A DNA stretch of 64,000 nt from Octopus bimaculoides (lineage: Eukaryota): the NCBI RefSeq assembly GCF_001194135.2, contig NC_068985.1, positions 1,293,096-1,357,095 of the forward strand. The letters are read 5' to 3'. A program made the position numbers and the translations under genes. The notes below the pieces were generated by a model. It did not search any database and was not told the DNA's origin. It saw only the letters and a program-made list of their open reading frames with translations. This document shows, piece after piece, positions 50,932-64,000 of this stretch. The stretch's first letter is position 1. The number at the start of each line of letters is the position of its first letter.

Positions 50932-52599
50932 AACAACAAACAAGATGAGGACAAATATCCGTCAAATGTAAATAATGTAAAACATTGTTTCCATTTGAAA
51001 GGTTCTTTGAATTTATTGATTTAATCATTTTTATGAAAATTCTTAAACACTGTACAGTAAAGTTCTTGCAAAATATAACCATGAGGAATCCTCAATGTGG
51101 TCTCTAGATCAGCTAGAAATAGGTCCCATATCTCATTCATTTACATTTAGCTTTTCTTTGCTGTTAGAAGTCACTCCTTGAGGCCTGTTTTGTTGTTTCC
51201 TGAAGCAACCACTTATGCTGGAAGTTACAGAAAAAGAAACGAAAAGAGTCAAATGAGAATTTACAATCGTAGAACAGTGTAGAGGGAATTTTAAAGAATT
51301 AAGATTAAATAAATCTAGGAAACAAGGTGAGAGTTCCATGTTTCAGAAGCTTGAGGAGAGAAACTAGAGAAGAAATATTTTTAAAAGAGGGAATCATAAA
51401 ACTGAAAAGTTGAGAATTAACTGAAGACGAATGGCTTGAATGTGGAGTTACAAGAGGAAAAAGTTTGACTGGACAGAGTTGAAAGGAACCAGCCACTGAC
51501 CATTCCAATCAATCAGTGAACACAGATCAAGCTGAAGAGAACAGGATATTTTTAGCTGAGCAGACAAATCAGACTTACCATTCATGCTTCATCATCATCA
51601 TCATCATCATCATTTAACACCTGTTTTCCATGCCAGCAGGGGTTAAACAGTTGGACAGGAGCTGGCAAACCAGAGAGCTGTATCAGGCTCCAAGTGTTTG
51701 CTTTGGCATGGTTTCTATGGTTGGATGCCTTTTCTAACACCAACCACTTTTCAGAGAGTATTGCTTGCTTCTTATGTGGCACCAGCGCCAGAGCTTTTTA
51801 CATATTAATTCTTTTACATTCCACCAGCATGAGTACTTTTATGTGACACCAAGACAGGTGCTTCTTACATGGTACCAGAACAGGTGTTTTTTATGTGACA
51901 TTAGCACCCAAGGTTAGACACAAGATCATTTAGAAGATCGTCTCTCTAAGAACTAAGAAGATTGAACTAAGAATAAAACCCCGGGAAAGATCTAACGAGA
52001 TGAAGTGGAGGGATGATGAGCATTTAAAAATATTTTCATAACAATCATAATAATAATGTGTGTGAGTAAATTTTTTTAATGTTATCATATTGGAATACAC
52101 TATCACCCTGGAATGTTATTCCTTTGGGAATTGTTTTGTAACTTGTCTTCTTTGTGTGTGTGTGAATCTTCACAGACTGTATTATTTTACTATTAATAAT
52201 GCAGTGGAAGGATATATTCTGGAATTAGGTCAGAATATGAAATTTGCATTTATTCATAAAAGACTTTCAGTTTGTAATTAGACATGCAGTGTCACTAACG
52301 AACACTTATTTTCTGTAAGTACATTAACTTATTATCTACAGTTTGATATAAAATATGCAGGGTTTCATTAATATACAAAGGGACATCAATAGATTTTAGC
52401 AAGAGGAAACCTCTGAAAGAACATTTTTAAAAACACATCTAGGAGCTAATATTTAAAAAGAAATTCTATAGCAGAAATAAGATAAGAGGTACAAATAGAC
52501 TGGCCATCTTTATCATAAAACAGTGTTTCACTATAATAATTTGAAATTCAGTGAAGAGAAGAATATGAGTAAGAAAACCAGAAAACCAGTCAGGGTGTG

Positions 52600-53500
52600 G
52601 AACCCAATATTCTAAAGTTAATGGAGTTTGGATAAGCCTAGGACATGCCCACAGAGTTAGGATGCCTTATATATAGAATTACTTCAAAGTAATGACTGGT
52701 TGATATTAAGAGCTTTCACTAATACTAGGGTCTGATACAATTACTCTCAGAAGAAAATCAACATTATTTTGTTGATAGAGAACTTCCTCATTTGTAAGAT
52801 GCAGTTGATGAGAAACACCTGTAAAGACTGTTATTTGGGGAACTGACATGAAATGTGAATAATAAAAATGCACCAAAGCAACCTCAAAGAGAAGAAAATT
52901 AATAAAAATATAAAGATATTGAATAATGAAACGAGGATAAGAGAGTGAGACGAAACACAAAAATATTTGGAAATTAATGACCTCTACAGAATACACCACA
53001 GCAGACAAAGGAAGAATGGTTAAGACGATATATTATTGATGTATAAGATTAATACTTAAAACAGAGTTAAATACCAAAAATAAGGTGATAGTCAACAATG
53101 CTGTAGCTGTCTTAGTAATAAGTTAGAGTAATAATATTTTCAACTAATACTAAATGAATTAGCATGTCTAGACAGGAAAACTAATGAGAACTAATGACTG
53201 CATTTAGAATACAACACCCAAAAGCTAACTCAAACAGATTACATTTTCTTCCTTAAATAGAATGAAGTAGAAGACTTCTGTGACTATTAAATTATTATGA
53301 AATTTATACTACAGGACTACGAAAATTATCTAGAAAAGAATAAAAGGATGGTCATAACAATGGCTACACAAACATGAACAATACACAACAAAAAAACTAT
53401 TTCCATGTTTAAGTTATTTAACTTAAACCAGAAGCTGAGAAGATAGTTGTGAAAAAGAAGAAACAGCGGCAGAAATGTTAAAACAAAAATATTAAATAAA
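52600..53500 (+). mobile_element. Highly decayed R4/Dong-like RT fragment
   Basis: RLILKTELNTKNKVIVNNAVAVLV at about 53045-53120 parallels the segment at about 11970-12040. Confidence 0.5.
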
Positions 53501-56139
53501 GAGTTAAATCGAAAAATAAGATTTAAAAATGTTATATAAAGATGTCATATAAACAAAATAGGGCAAAAGAGAAGCAAAGAAAAGATGCAGCATTCGTTGT
53601 GAAGCACTGGAATGAAAGCTGAAACCAAACTTTTGAGGACAAAACCAAAGCATTTCCTTCAGAACCTACAAAAGAATTATTATAATATTTAATTAGAAAC
53701 AGAATACAAAATGTAACCACAGAATAAATGGAGGTTGATCGATTTTGCTGTTTGTTACATCATCCTCATCATTTAATGTCCAAATCCATGCTGGCATGGG
53801 TTGGATGGTTTGACAGGAGCCAGCAAGCCAGGGAGCTACACTAGGCCTGTTTTGGTATGGTTTCTACCATTAGATCCCTTTCCTAATACCAACCACTCTA
53901 CGGGTGCTTTTTACATGGTACTGGCACCAGCGCTTTTCATGTGGAACTTGCAAAGGTACTTTTTATGTGGCACTGAATTCAGCAGCGCCATCTGTTTTAA
54001 GCACTTTGTCAGCTGCCACAATACAAAACTTTGAAATGATGGTATTGTACTTTTTAAACAACAACAACAACATATATTTGGTATTTGCCTCTAAACACAA
54101 ATAAAAAACCCAACAAATAACAACATGGGCTTTCCAGCCCTGAACAGCTTATTGTATAATTAAAAACTGCTTCATTCACTGACACCCCTGAACTCAAACC
54201 CTGCCATTTGACTACATAAAACATTTCTATCTCTTAATCCTTGGGAATTTTGTATGCTTAACCCCACCCAGTTCCAGTGCTTAACCCCCGGTTCCTTGGT
54301 ACAATGAAAGCTGAAGTCATCCCTGGATAAAACACCAGTCTATCTCAGGAAAAATTCCTGAAGTATCTGTTACCTACCCCTAATATCTAGAAGGGTTGAA
54401 GTCAATGAATAAGCTTCTTTGTGGTTGCATAAACTGCTAGAAATAGCAACCAAATATCCTTAAAATTTTTCTTTACTGTCTTCAAAAAGGAAACATCACA
54501 ATATCTTTTATTTTTTGCCTGTTTCAGTCATTAGTCTGCAGCCATGCTGGGGCAATTGCCTCGATGAATTTTAGTTGAAGGAATCGAATCCCTGTACTTT
54601 TATTTTTCTAACCCTGGTGCTTATTCTGTTGGTCCCTTTTGTTAAACTGTTAAGTTACAGGGGATGTAAACACACCAACACCCATTGTCAAGAAGTAGTG
54701 GGGGCACACACAAAGAAAGACAAACATATAAGTGCATGCACACACACACACACGCATGTGCACACACAGCCCAGGTCTATAGTGGAAGACACTCACCCAT
54801 GGTGCCATGCAAGTGGGGCTGAACCTGAAACCATGTGGTCAGAGAAGTAAATTTCTTACCACATGGCTATTGCTGCATTGATAAGAACCGGAATCCATTG
54901 TACGATTCCAAAGAAGAGAGGATCACAGCTAGAATGACTTTGACAATTGCTCTGCTTAATTAGGGTTGACTAATGAAGCAGAGGTGGAATATGGAAGATA
55001 AATTTAAATAAAATTTGCTATAGACTCAGGTGTTGCTGTGTGGTAAGAAGTTTACTTCTGAACCACATGGTTCCAGGTTCAATACAACTGCATGGCACCT
55101 TGAGCCGACCAAAGTCTTGTGAGTGGATTTGCTTAATGGAAATTAAGACAAACCTGTTGTGTGTGTGTATGTGTGTGTCTGTGTATGTGCGGGTGTGTAA
55201 GTGTGTATGTGTGTGTATGTTTTACCCCACCATTGTTCAACAACCTGTGTCAGTGTGCTTATGTTCTTGTGACTTTACAGTTCAGCAAAAGTGATCAATA
55301 GAAGAAATACCAGACATCAAACAAATAAGTGTTGGGGTTGATTTGTTTGACAAAACTTTTTCAAAGCAATGCCCCAGCATGACCGCAGTCTCATGACTGA
55401 AAGAAGCTAATTCTATAACCTCTCTGATCAGTAAACTTTAAACAAGTCTGCTTTGTCCCCCCCCACCCACAATATTTGTGGGTGGGATTGAAAGGGTTAA
55501 AAATACATGGTTTTAAGGAAAAGCTATACTCAACTGAAACATCCCTCGATTTATCACATAATTAACCCCATTGTATCACACTAATTGACCTCAGTATGTC
55601 TTACTAATTAGCTTCAGTTAATCACCCTAATTAATCACTGTATATCACACTAATCAATCCCAGTAAATCATAATAATTAACCCCCAATGTATTACCAAAA
55701 ATTTTAAAGATAATATTAACATTAGCAACATTGAAATCAGAAAATGTAAAGAAATGTGTTAAGCTTTCATTTCTCAACTCTTTTGCCAATCCAGGAAAAT
55801 AAACCAAATGAAATATCGATTACTTAAAAGCACACACAAAGGAGGAGCTTCAGTGCGCATACGCATACACATACTGTATGCTTCTTTGCATAAACACACA
55901 CACAAACCCATACACACACATGCTCTCTATCTCTCTCTCTCTCTCTCTGTGAGTCTCTCTTTGTCTCTTTCTCTCTCTCTCTTTCTCTTTGTCTCTTTCT
56001 CTCTCTCTCTTTCTCCTTGTCTCTGTCTGTCTGTATGTCTCTCTCTCTCTCTCTCTTGCATATTTATATACAAAACAGTTTATTTTACAACATATATATT
56101 CATTTTGTCAATATTTCAGGTCTGCACAATTAATGAAAG

Positions 56140-56172
<33 letters not shown>

Positions 56173-57503
56173 NNNNNNNNNNTCTTTTCTCCCTCTCCGC
56201 TTTTCTCTCCTTCCACTTCCCCCTCCTTTCTCTCTTTCCATATTACTCTCCCTTTCTCTCCTTAACACTTCCCCCTCTCTACCCCGCTCCTTTACTTCGT
56301 AACCTCCAATGCATGACGCACAACTGGTTTGCCAGAACAATCCACAGAAACTTGCCTGCTTCCCTAATTTGCTAAATATTAATCCATTTTGTCTCATGTT
56401 TAACAAAACACTTGTTGCCATCCTTTCATCCTATTTCATTGGTCAACTGTAGTTCAACACACCTTTACTTAAAAGCCTTTCATCCATGACCATCCAACTG
56501 TTTTGAGACATAGTGTATCTTGAGCTACATTACCAAATGTGTACTTCCTTGTTTAAAACTCAAAGGTGTGATCTGAGGCAGATTTGGTTGCTATTTCTAA
56601 CAGATTGAGCAACAGTCTAAAAACTGTACGTTGACTCATAGTGGACTCATTTTCCAGTGCAATGATTAATTCTGCTAGATTTCTGTTAGTAAATGAATTC
56701 ACGATAACATTAGCCAAGTAATTTATTACACTTGGAAAATAAATTGACTGAACAAAATAGTGTTTAAAACTGAAAACTGATAAAGTAAATTGAAAAAAAT
56801 GAAAATTAAAAAAAAAAAAGAGAAGAAAAATACAATTTGAAAGAAAAGAAAGAAATATTAAAAAATATCAAATAAAAGTGAAAAATAAAAATGCTATTAT
56901 TTCTCTGCTGAATTTAAGACAATGCAAAATCATATTTTAAAGGACAAGAAAGATGGTATGACCATAGTGTATGATACAAGTAAATGATATTGTCTAGTAA
57001 ATATGAAACTGCTGTGAGAGAAGAAGGGAATAGAAGAAAATAATAAAAATTCAGAGGCTGGATGGACAGGTTATGGGGAAACAAAAGTAGTAAGGGCTGA
57101 TCTTAAAGAACTGATATTTGCAAGGAAAACTGGCAAAAGGGTTGGGCGCAAAAATAAATAAATAAAAGGCATGAAAATAAGAAGAAAAAAAAGCCAACAA
57201 AAAAAAGTACGAGAGTCTGTGAGACTGACTCATACGGCTGATGCAAGCGATAGAAGAGAAGGAGAAGGAAGCAGAAATAGATGTTAAATCAATGAGGATG
57301 CATTATGAGAGGATTGTTTTCAACTTTCTCTCTGTCCAGCCATCGGCATTTTTCCTTTTCCTTTGTGAAAACAACATGAAAATGGTTCCAAAATGTCTGC
57401 CTGACTAACATCCATACACAAACACACACACATATATATGTATAGATGTATAGATATGCGTGCATGTGCATGTATATGCATATATATTATATATATTATA
57501 TTT

Positions 57504-57550
<47 letters not shown>

Positions 57551-58259
57551 CATACATATGTTTGCATATACGTACACTCACACACAGATAGATAGGTAGA
57601 TAGATAGATTTGTGTAAATGTTACTCATTCATAAATTTCTATCAACTTTTGTATGTGTATATGGGCACGCATGTGTATCAGTGTATATATAAGTATATTT
57701 TCACATGTTGCACATATATGCTTATGTCTGAGAATGTGTGTGTCAGTCACACGCATTACATATATGTATTGATAAATTGATGCGTATGTGTGTATGTTTC
57801 TGTGCATTTATAGATATAAACTGGCTGATTCAAACCCAACAAGCCATTTGAATTGCCAACTAATAAATAATTTACACAATTATCAACTGGAAACTAAATT
57901 GACTAATTAAATAAATAAATGCTCAGGTATTTAAAAATAAATACTAACAAAGATATAACGAGAAACATTTTAATTATAGCAATACTGCGACACACGATTT
58001 AAGAGTCTAGAATAATGTATTACTACATTGTATCAGAACAGGCTCCACAATACCTCATAACATCACCACCATACCTGATGCAATGGAAGTAGCAGTCAGC
58101 AGCTTAAAAAGCAATGACCACGTTGAATAACAGAGTCCCAAATATACAATAATTGTGGAAAATATATAACCTGATATCAATAGCTGGAATACTTTTGATC
58201 ATGTCTTCACTATCAAGGCTGACCTGGGACTAAACATCACCCTTCCTTATGCTCTAGCA

Positions 58260-58517
58260 TAGGGGTACTCAACCATTTCTTACCTGCGGGCCCTTTTTGC
58301 ATTCTTATTTTACTCTATTGGACTCACATCAATATTCATTGTTTAAAAATATCCTATTATTATATTTTCATAATGAAATATTATTAGAAATTGTCTTAAA
58401 AAATTGTTTAGACATTTTGTGTATCGAAGAAGTATAAACAATTTCTTGTACATAAATTCTAACAAAATCTTCTAGAGACCCTGAAAGGGTCATATGGACC
58501 CTGGTTGAAAACCATTA
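58260..58517. mobile_element. hAT (Charlie-like) MITE
   Basis: 15-bp TIRs TAGGGGTACTCAACC and GGTTGAAAACCATTA (11/15). 8-bp TSD CTCTAGCA/TTCTAGCA (7/8), close to the NTCTAGAN target. Confidence 0.8.
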
Positions 58518-58626
58518 TTCTAGCACAATGTCATAAGTAACCCATGTCATAAGCAACAATGTTATAAGTAACAATATCATAAGTAACACCTAGCACAAAG
58601 ACATTAGTAACCCATACGTGAATGCA

Positions 58627-58801
58627 GCTCTGTTGGTTGGACTGTACTTGCAGTTCAAAGATCCTAGCCTTTGGATCAAAGATACTTAGTCACTTATGGT
58701 GACTATTTATCCTACAGACAGTTATACCCTTAATACAATACTCAGGAAGAGTCTGTGTTGCTAGGATCTTTGAATTGCAAGTACAGTCTAGCCAATAGAG
58801 C
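58627..58801. repeat. Inverted-repeat element with 42-bp arms and three internal hairpins
   Basis: 58627-58668 pairs with 58760-58801 (about 38/42). Internal stems at 58669-81, 58687-705 and 58713-57. Confidence 0.85.
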
Positions 58802-59497
58802 TTCTGTCCAGTTTCAATCAACCCAATGGGAACTGGATAGACTCTGATTGGCCTAAAGCTATGACCAGGATGTTATAAAGTGCAACTAAAATCATGCCCC
58901 ATGGTGGGGAAACAAAATTCTTAACCATTTGGCCAAGTGTACACCAGTTTACTTCACAATACACCCCATTTCATTGGAGCATAGGCAACTGCAGTACACT
59001 ACTCCAAATTCCAGCACAATATACTTCAATGCCACACAGCAAAATAAATATTAGTTCTAGAGCAATATACCTCACCAGACCACAGCATACAACACCACAC
59101 AGCACTATGGTACCCTACACAGCTCTGCAGTACCTCACACTAGTTTTTTTACTTGAGCAAAAATCACAGTATACCAATAAACAATACTTTTCACTATATT
59201 ACAATGAAATTTTACTAACTCAAGCTAATGGCAGTGCCTCTAATTGGACGTTCAACCAGCTAGAAATAGCAGTCCAATTTGTCAGAAATCACATCCTAAC
59301 TGTCTTTATTATTACATTAGATTATGTAGTCCTTGATGTAAAAATAACAGATTGCCATGGCTGTTGATTGGCTCAATAAGAGCTGACCAAAGATCCAACA
59401 ATGAAATAGTAGTCTCACAATAAACAATACTACACTCTACAATGCTATCACCGATTTATAGATGATGGGGGTTTAAATTCACTGAATGTATTATTTT

Positions 59498-59577
<80 letters not shown>

Positions 59578-60697
59578 TGTGTGTGTGTGTGTGTGTCTGT
59601 GTGTGTGTGTGTGCATGTGTAAATGTTGGCATTATCGTGTCCCATGTGGAACACATCTCTCATCTTCTAAAACTCATTAAACCCAAGTTGAGTCCTGGTC
59701 ATTAAAGAGCCCGAGGTACTACCAAAGGTCTATACATATGATTATATCTATCAAGTGAAGAATATTGTCCTCCACTGGCATTGCTATGCTATCATAGTGA
59801 GATTTTGTTTACTGGAGATGGAGACTGATGGCTGGTTGTAAGAAAAGACACAAAACTGACCAGCTCAAAGTCAGGGTCTATTAGAATTAATCTGCTGACC
59901 AGTGGAAGGGGAATCTTTATTGCTATCTTCTTCTGATTTCATTGATATCACAAAGGAATGGTGGATGTAGAATTAATTTCATTATTAAGTTTAACCTTCT
60001 CTCTCTCTGTCTCCTCTTCTCTTTCTCTCTCTTTCTCTCACAATTCTGAGTTCAATTCCAAATGATTTTGATTTTGCCATTTATCCCTATGGGAATAGGT
60101 TATTAATATAAGCGTGAGAAATGCACTCAAGGTCAATTTAATTGACTGTGCTCTTCATCTCTAACAGTTGGCTTTTGCCCAACTAAGAAATAATTATTAG
60201 AACGGTGTCACTTACCACCGACTCCACTATTGGAATCTGAAATGGATTTCTCTGGAACTCCACCCTTAACCCTAAAGCCATTGATGAACCCTGAATGTCA
60301 TTAAGATTCAGTTATTATAACATTTGAGATATCAGAAACACAAGTCTCTGCATGCAGCAAAATGTCTGCTGTGAGAGAAGAAAACATACTGTACGACACA
60401 GGCATCCTTCCTTTCCTCATCCCATCGCAATGCCTTAAACTACGTCATCACTTCACCTCATCACACTTGCTCCATGTCACAACTCATTTCAACAAAAATT
60501 AATTTGAAAATAAGGAAATTAATTTCTGTCTTTTTTTTTCCTCCCATCAACATTCAATTTTGACATTATGGTCTCATTTCGTTTCTCTTGTGATGATTAT
60601 AATGATGATAAGGATGATAATAACAACATTAATAATGATGACGACAGCAGTAACGATGATTCACTACGATGCAACCAGTTGCCTTGTTCTTTGACAG

Positions 60698-60769
60698 GAG
60701 AGAACATATATTCATTTAACCAGCCTGACAAGAGATAATGTTGGAATGATAAAACGATTTGTTGCTGGA
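60698..60769 (+). CDS. Candidate exon ERTYIHLTSLTRDNVGMIKRFVAG
   Basis: Strong acceptor ttgttctttgacag|, donor GGA|gtaatt, 72 nt, phase 0-0. No homology recognised. Confidence 0.35.
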
Positions 60770-61369
60770 GTAATTTAAGGGAAGTAACTCTGAGTGAGTC
60801 ATTGTGATAGTGTTGATGTTTCACTGCTACCATGGCAACCAACCTTATTTCTTTTTTTTTTAAGTATAAGTCTGAAAGCTGAGCCAATGGTGAGGAGTTC
60901 CAACTGGATGAAATCTCCAACCGGTTTGAATGCCCAAATCTCTGATATCCAAGTGGACAAAAAGTGTCAGCAAACAGGCACCCGGGTGTCATGACCTCCA
61001 TGCAATTCAACCCCTTTAGAGTGTAAGAAGTTAAGGGCCTAAACACTTCCTTGAGAGTTTTCTTTTCTGAAGACCCTCTGTTGTTCTCCCAAGAAATTCT
61101 TACCACAGCCTTTAGTGTGTTTGGAGGCAAAGTGGCTGAGTTCCTTTTGAGTGTTGGGCCTCACAGAGGCAATGACCAAGACCTTTGGCATTATGTTGTG
61201 CTTGAGAAGAAGACCCATCAAGCCGAGCAAAATCGCTGTCATGGCAGATACTGGTGTCATGCAAATTGGCACCCATGCTAGTGGCACATAAAATCACTCT
61301 GGTGTCACGCAAATGGCATGTAAAAGCACCTATTACACTCTCAGAGTGGTTGGCATTAGGAAATACATC

Positions 61370-62837
61370 AGAACGAACAACGTCACAGAAACAAATAATT
61401 TGATCAAGGCAGCAAGTATTGTTGTAGCAGAAAATGTGGGTGTTGATATCAAGAAAAAGAAACATAATGAGAGTGACAAAAGAAAAGATCCATGGTGGTA
61501 AAGAAGAATACAAGCAGGGTTAGATATGCTCTCGAAGGACATTTCTGTGTTAGACTGAAAAGAGAAAGGGGAGCTTAAAACCGAACAAAAATACTGGGTG
61601 CTGAAAAGGAAGTATAATATTGAAATAAAGGGCCTGAAAGTAGTAATGGAGGAACTGAAACAGAGTCACGTTGCAAAAAAGCAAAGATGGTAAGATACGA
61701 TCAAAGAATGAAGGGTCACCACCAGAGTAGGTTATTCAGAGTAAATCAGAAGAGATTCTATAAAGAAACAAATGGAGAGTGGACAGATGAAAAGTTGATA
61801 CCAGATAACAATGAAAGTCAAAGGTTTTGGAGTGATGTCTGGAGCAAAGACAAGGAGCACAAGAAGGATGCTGAATGGTTGCAAGAACTGAAACAAACAG
61901 TAGTCTGTCCAAAACAGGCAGAACTAATCATTTCAGTTAAGGAAGTGAAGGAAATCAGCAAAAAAATGAGTAACTGGAAGGCCCCGGGACCAGATGGAGT
62001 TCAAGGCTACTGGAGCAAAGGATTTGGTGAATGTTATGCATGAATAGCTGCGTAACTCACCATAGAAAGGTTATATATACAACGTATTGAAGGTGGTAGA
62101 GGCTTTATATAGCTAGAGAAATGTATATAGCTAGAAAACTATTGCAAAATAGCCACCATAGGACTACACAAATACCTACTTCAGAAGCAAGGAAAACTAA
62201 TACAAATAGCCACAAAATGTGAACAAAACAAAAAACTGTTTTCAGTCTTTGAGGAAGCTGACAAATACAAACAGTAAGTCATAGTACCTAACAACTATGA
62301 AGAAGAAGGAGAAGAAACAACAAAAGCTGTAAAACAAATGAAATCCAAACTAAAACTAGAGCAGCAACGGACCATGATAAAACGATGGCAAGAAAAGTCC
62401 CTTCATGGTAAATACTATCCCAACAATGGCTGAGAAGCTCAAGACTCAAAGCAGAGACTGAAGGATTTTTAATTGCAGCACAAGACCAGAGCCTCCCCAC
62501 CAGAAATTACCAAAAACATATAATGAAAAGAAATATAACAAGTAACTGCAGAATATGTGGAGATGGACAAGAAACAATAAATCATATTATCTCTGGCTGC
62601 CCAGTCCTGGCTAAGAAGGAATATATTCACATTACACGACAGAGCTGGGACCTATATACACTGGAAGCTATGCCAACACTATGGAATAACAACAGAAAAA
62701 AGATGGTATAGGCATAGCCCAGAAAAGATCACAGAAAACGAGAAAGCAACCATACCACAACAAACCATAGCACATACCCAAGGCATACAGAGCTGCGCTC
62801 GGTAGTGAAGTGAAAGCACGTTATTAAACAAAGACTA

Positions 62838-62879
<42 letters not shown>

Positions 62880-62945
62880 TATAATAATAATAATCATAAT
62901 AATAATAATAATAATAATAATAATAGTAATAATAATAATAATGGT
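61370..62945 (+). mobile_element. R4/Dong-like RLE LINE, internally deleted, with (AAT)n tail
   Basis: LFRVNQKRFYK...FWSDVWS...WKAPGPDGVQGYW, then GGRG, then CRICGDGQETINHIISGCPVLAKKEY. (AAT)n at about 62840-62940. Confidence 0.9.
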
Positions 62946-64000
62946 TTCGGATTTTGAAACAAGGCCAGCAATTTCAGAGGAGCAGGAAAGTAAATTATAC
63001 TTGATTATATCAACCCTAATTGCTCAACTTGTGAGGATGAAAGCAAAGTCGACCACAACGGAATTTGAACTCAGTATCTAAAGATAGACTAAATGCTGTT
63101 AAGCTTTTTTGCCTGGCACAGTTACGATTCTGCCAGTTCTCTGCCTTCATAATGATATTAATAATAATAATCATGACAACAACAATAATAATAACAACAG
63201 CAACAACAATAAAAATAACAACAACATTACTTTCATCATCATCATCTTCATCATCATCATCATTATTGCTACTACTACTATTATTGCTGGCACGGCTGCT
63301 GTTGTTGTTGTTGTCTATATTGTTATTAAATGAGAAGTTATTTTATAAAGATTATTAAAGTGCCCATCTAAACATATTTCCTTGTCTCTCTCTCATGATG
63401 CTGAAAGAAGATCAAAGGCAGTTACAACCATTGACACCTCCCAATTACAGCTGATCCTCAACTTTGTTTCCAGCAATGATCCATTGTAAAAATCTGAACA
63501 AATTAAATTTTCATTTCTTTGATAGGATTTTGTTAGTCTGGTCTTCATATATTCATTGCTTTAATTTTTTTCCTTTTTTCATCTTTTATATATCGCTGCC
63601 AGGTTGTATGGAACCAAAACCTATTTCAGATTGGAATTTCCAGTTCCAAGTGGTTTTTCCTATGTTGTTTCATATCTAATCTGCTTATCTCAAATCCATA
63701 TGCATATCTTGTGGTGGTCTACTGTCTGTGCTTTAACAACATCATCATCATCATCATCACCATCATCGTTATTATTGTTATTAGTGTTATATTATTGCTA
63801 TTATTTCCTCATCTCCATTCCACTTTTGTGCATCATTATACATTTTGTTTCTTTTTTTTTTTTTGCTTCATCTTTACTTTTTTTGTATTCATTAACAAAC
63901 AATTTCTTAACATGTTCCATTGAAGATCATAATGTCGTTTTACCCTCCATTCTGCCCAAATTCCAAGACCAACTTTCTTCAACACTTCACTCAACAATCC

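Noticed and set aside
1-64000. CRISPR arrays, rRNA or prokaryotic systems
   Set aside because: No regularly spaced repeat-spacer array, rRNA-like sequence or operon-like ORF density. The sequence is eukaryotic.

Overview
AT-rich, repeat-dense eukaryotic DNA from a gapped scaffold (10 N-runs, long TA/CA/CT/AAT microsatellites). The SINE/LINE repertoire suggests an octopus genome; this is inferred from memory of such repeats, with no database search. There is no intact long ORF, and nearly all ORF-track entries are microsatellite, N-gap or repeat artefacts. The window looks mostly intronic. Two phase-compatible + strand exons (993-1063, 1737-1758) splice to xARGVVDIPEKLRIIEKVASNTGMDERVVNI(W?), resembling helices 2-3 of a divergent, HDX-like homeodomain. 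Other small candidate exons are weakly supported. Mobile DNA includes R4/Dong-like RLE LINE fragments, an L1/Tx1 3' end, a decayed CR1/Jockey-like LINE, a DD41D Tc1/mariner copy, other mariner fragments, two hAT MITEs with TSDs, many SINEs and two Penelope-like (PLE) ORF remnants. The most notable signal is eight hammerhead-ribozyme-like motifs found by manual folding: seven in four unrelated repeat families plus one isolated decayed copy. They are minimal type I folds with short, mostly palindromic stem III. They include a canonical-core copy with a GUC site (35061-35186), a head-to-head pair (50690-50980), one inside a fold-back element (32488-32745) and a family with a recurrent CUGUUGA (A6U) core. 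All structures were folded by eye and none is tested. Repeat boundaries are approximate.
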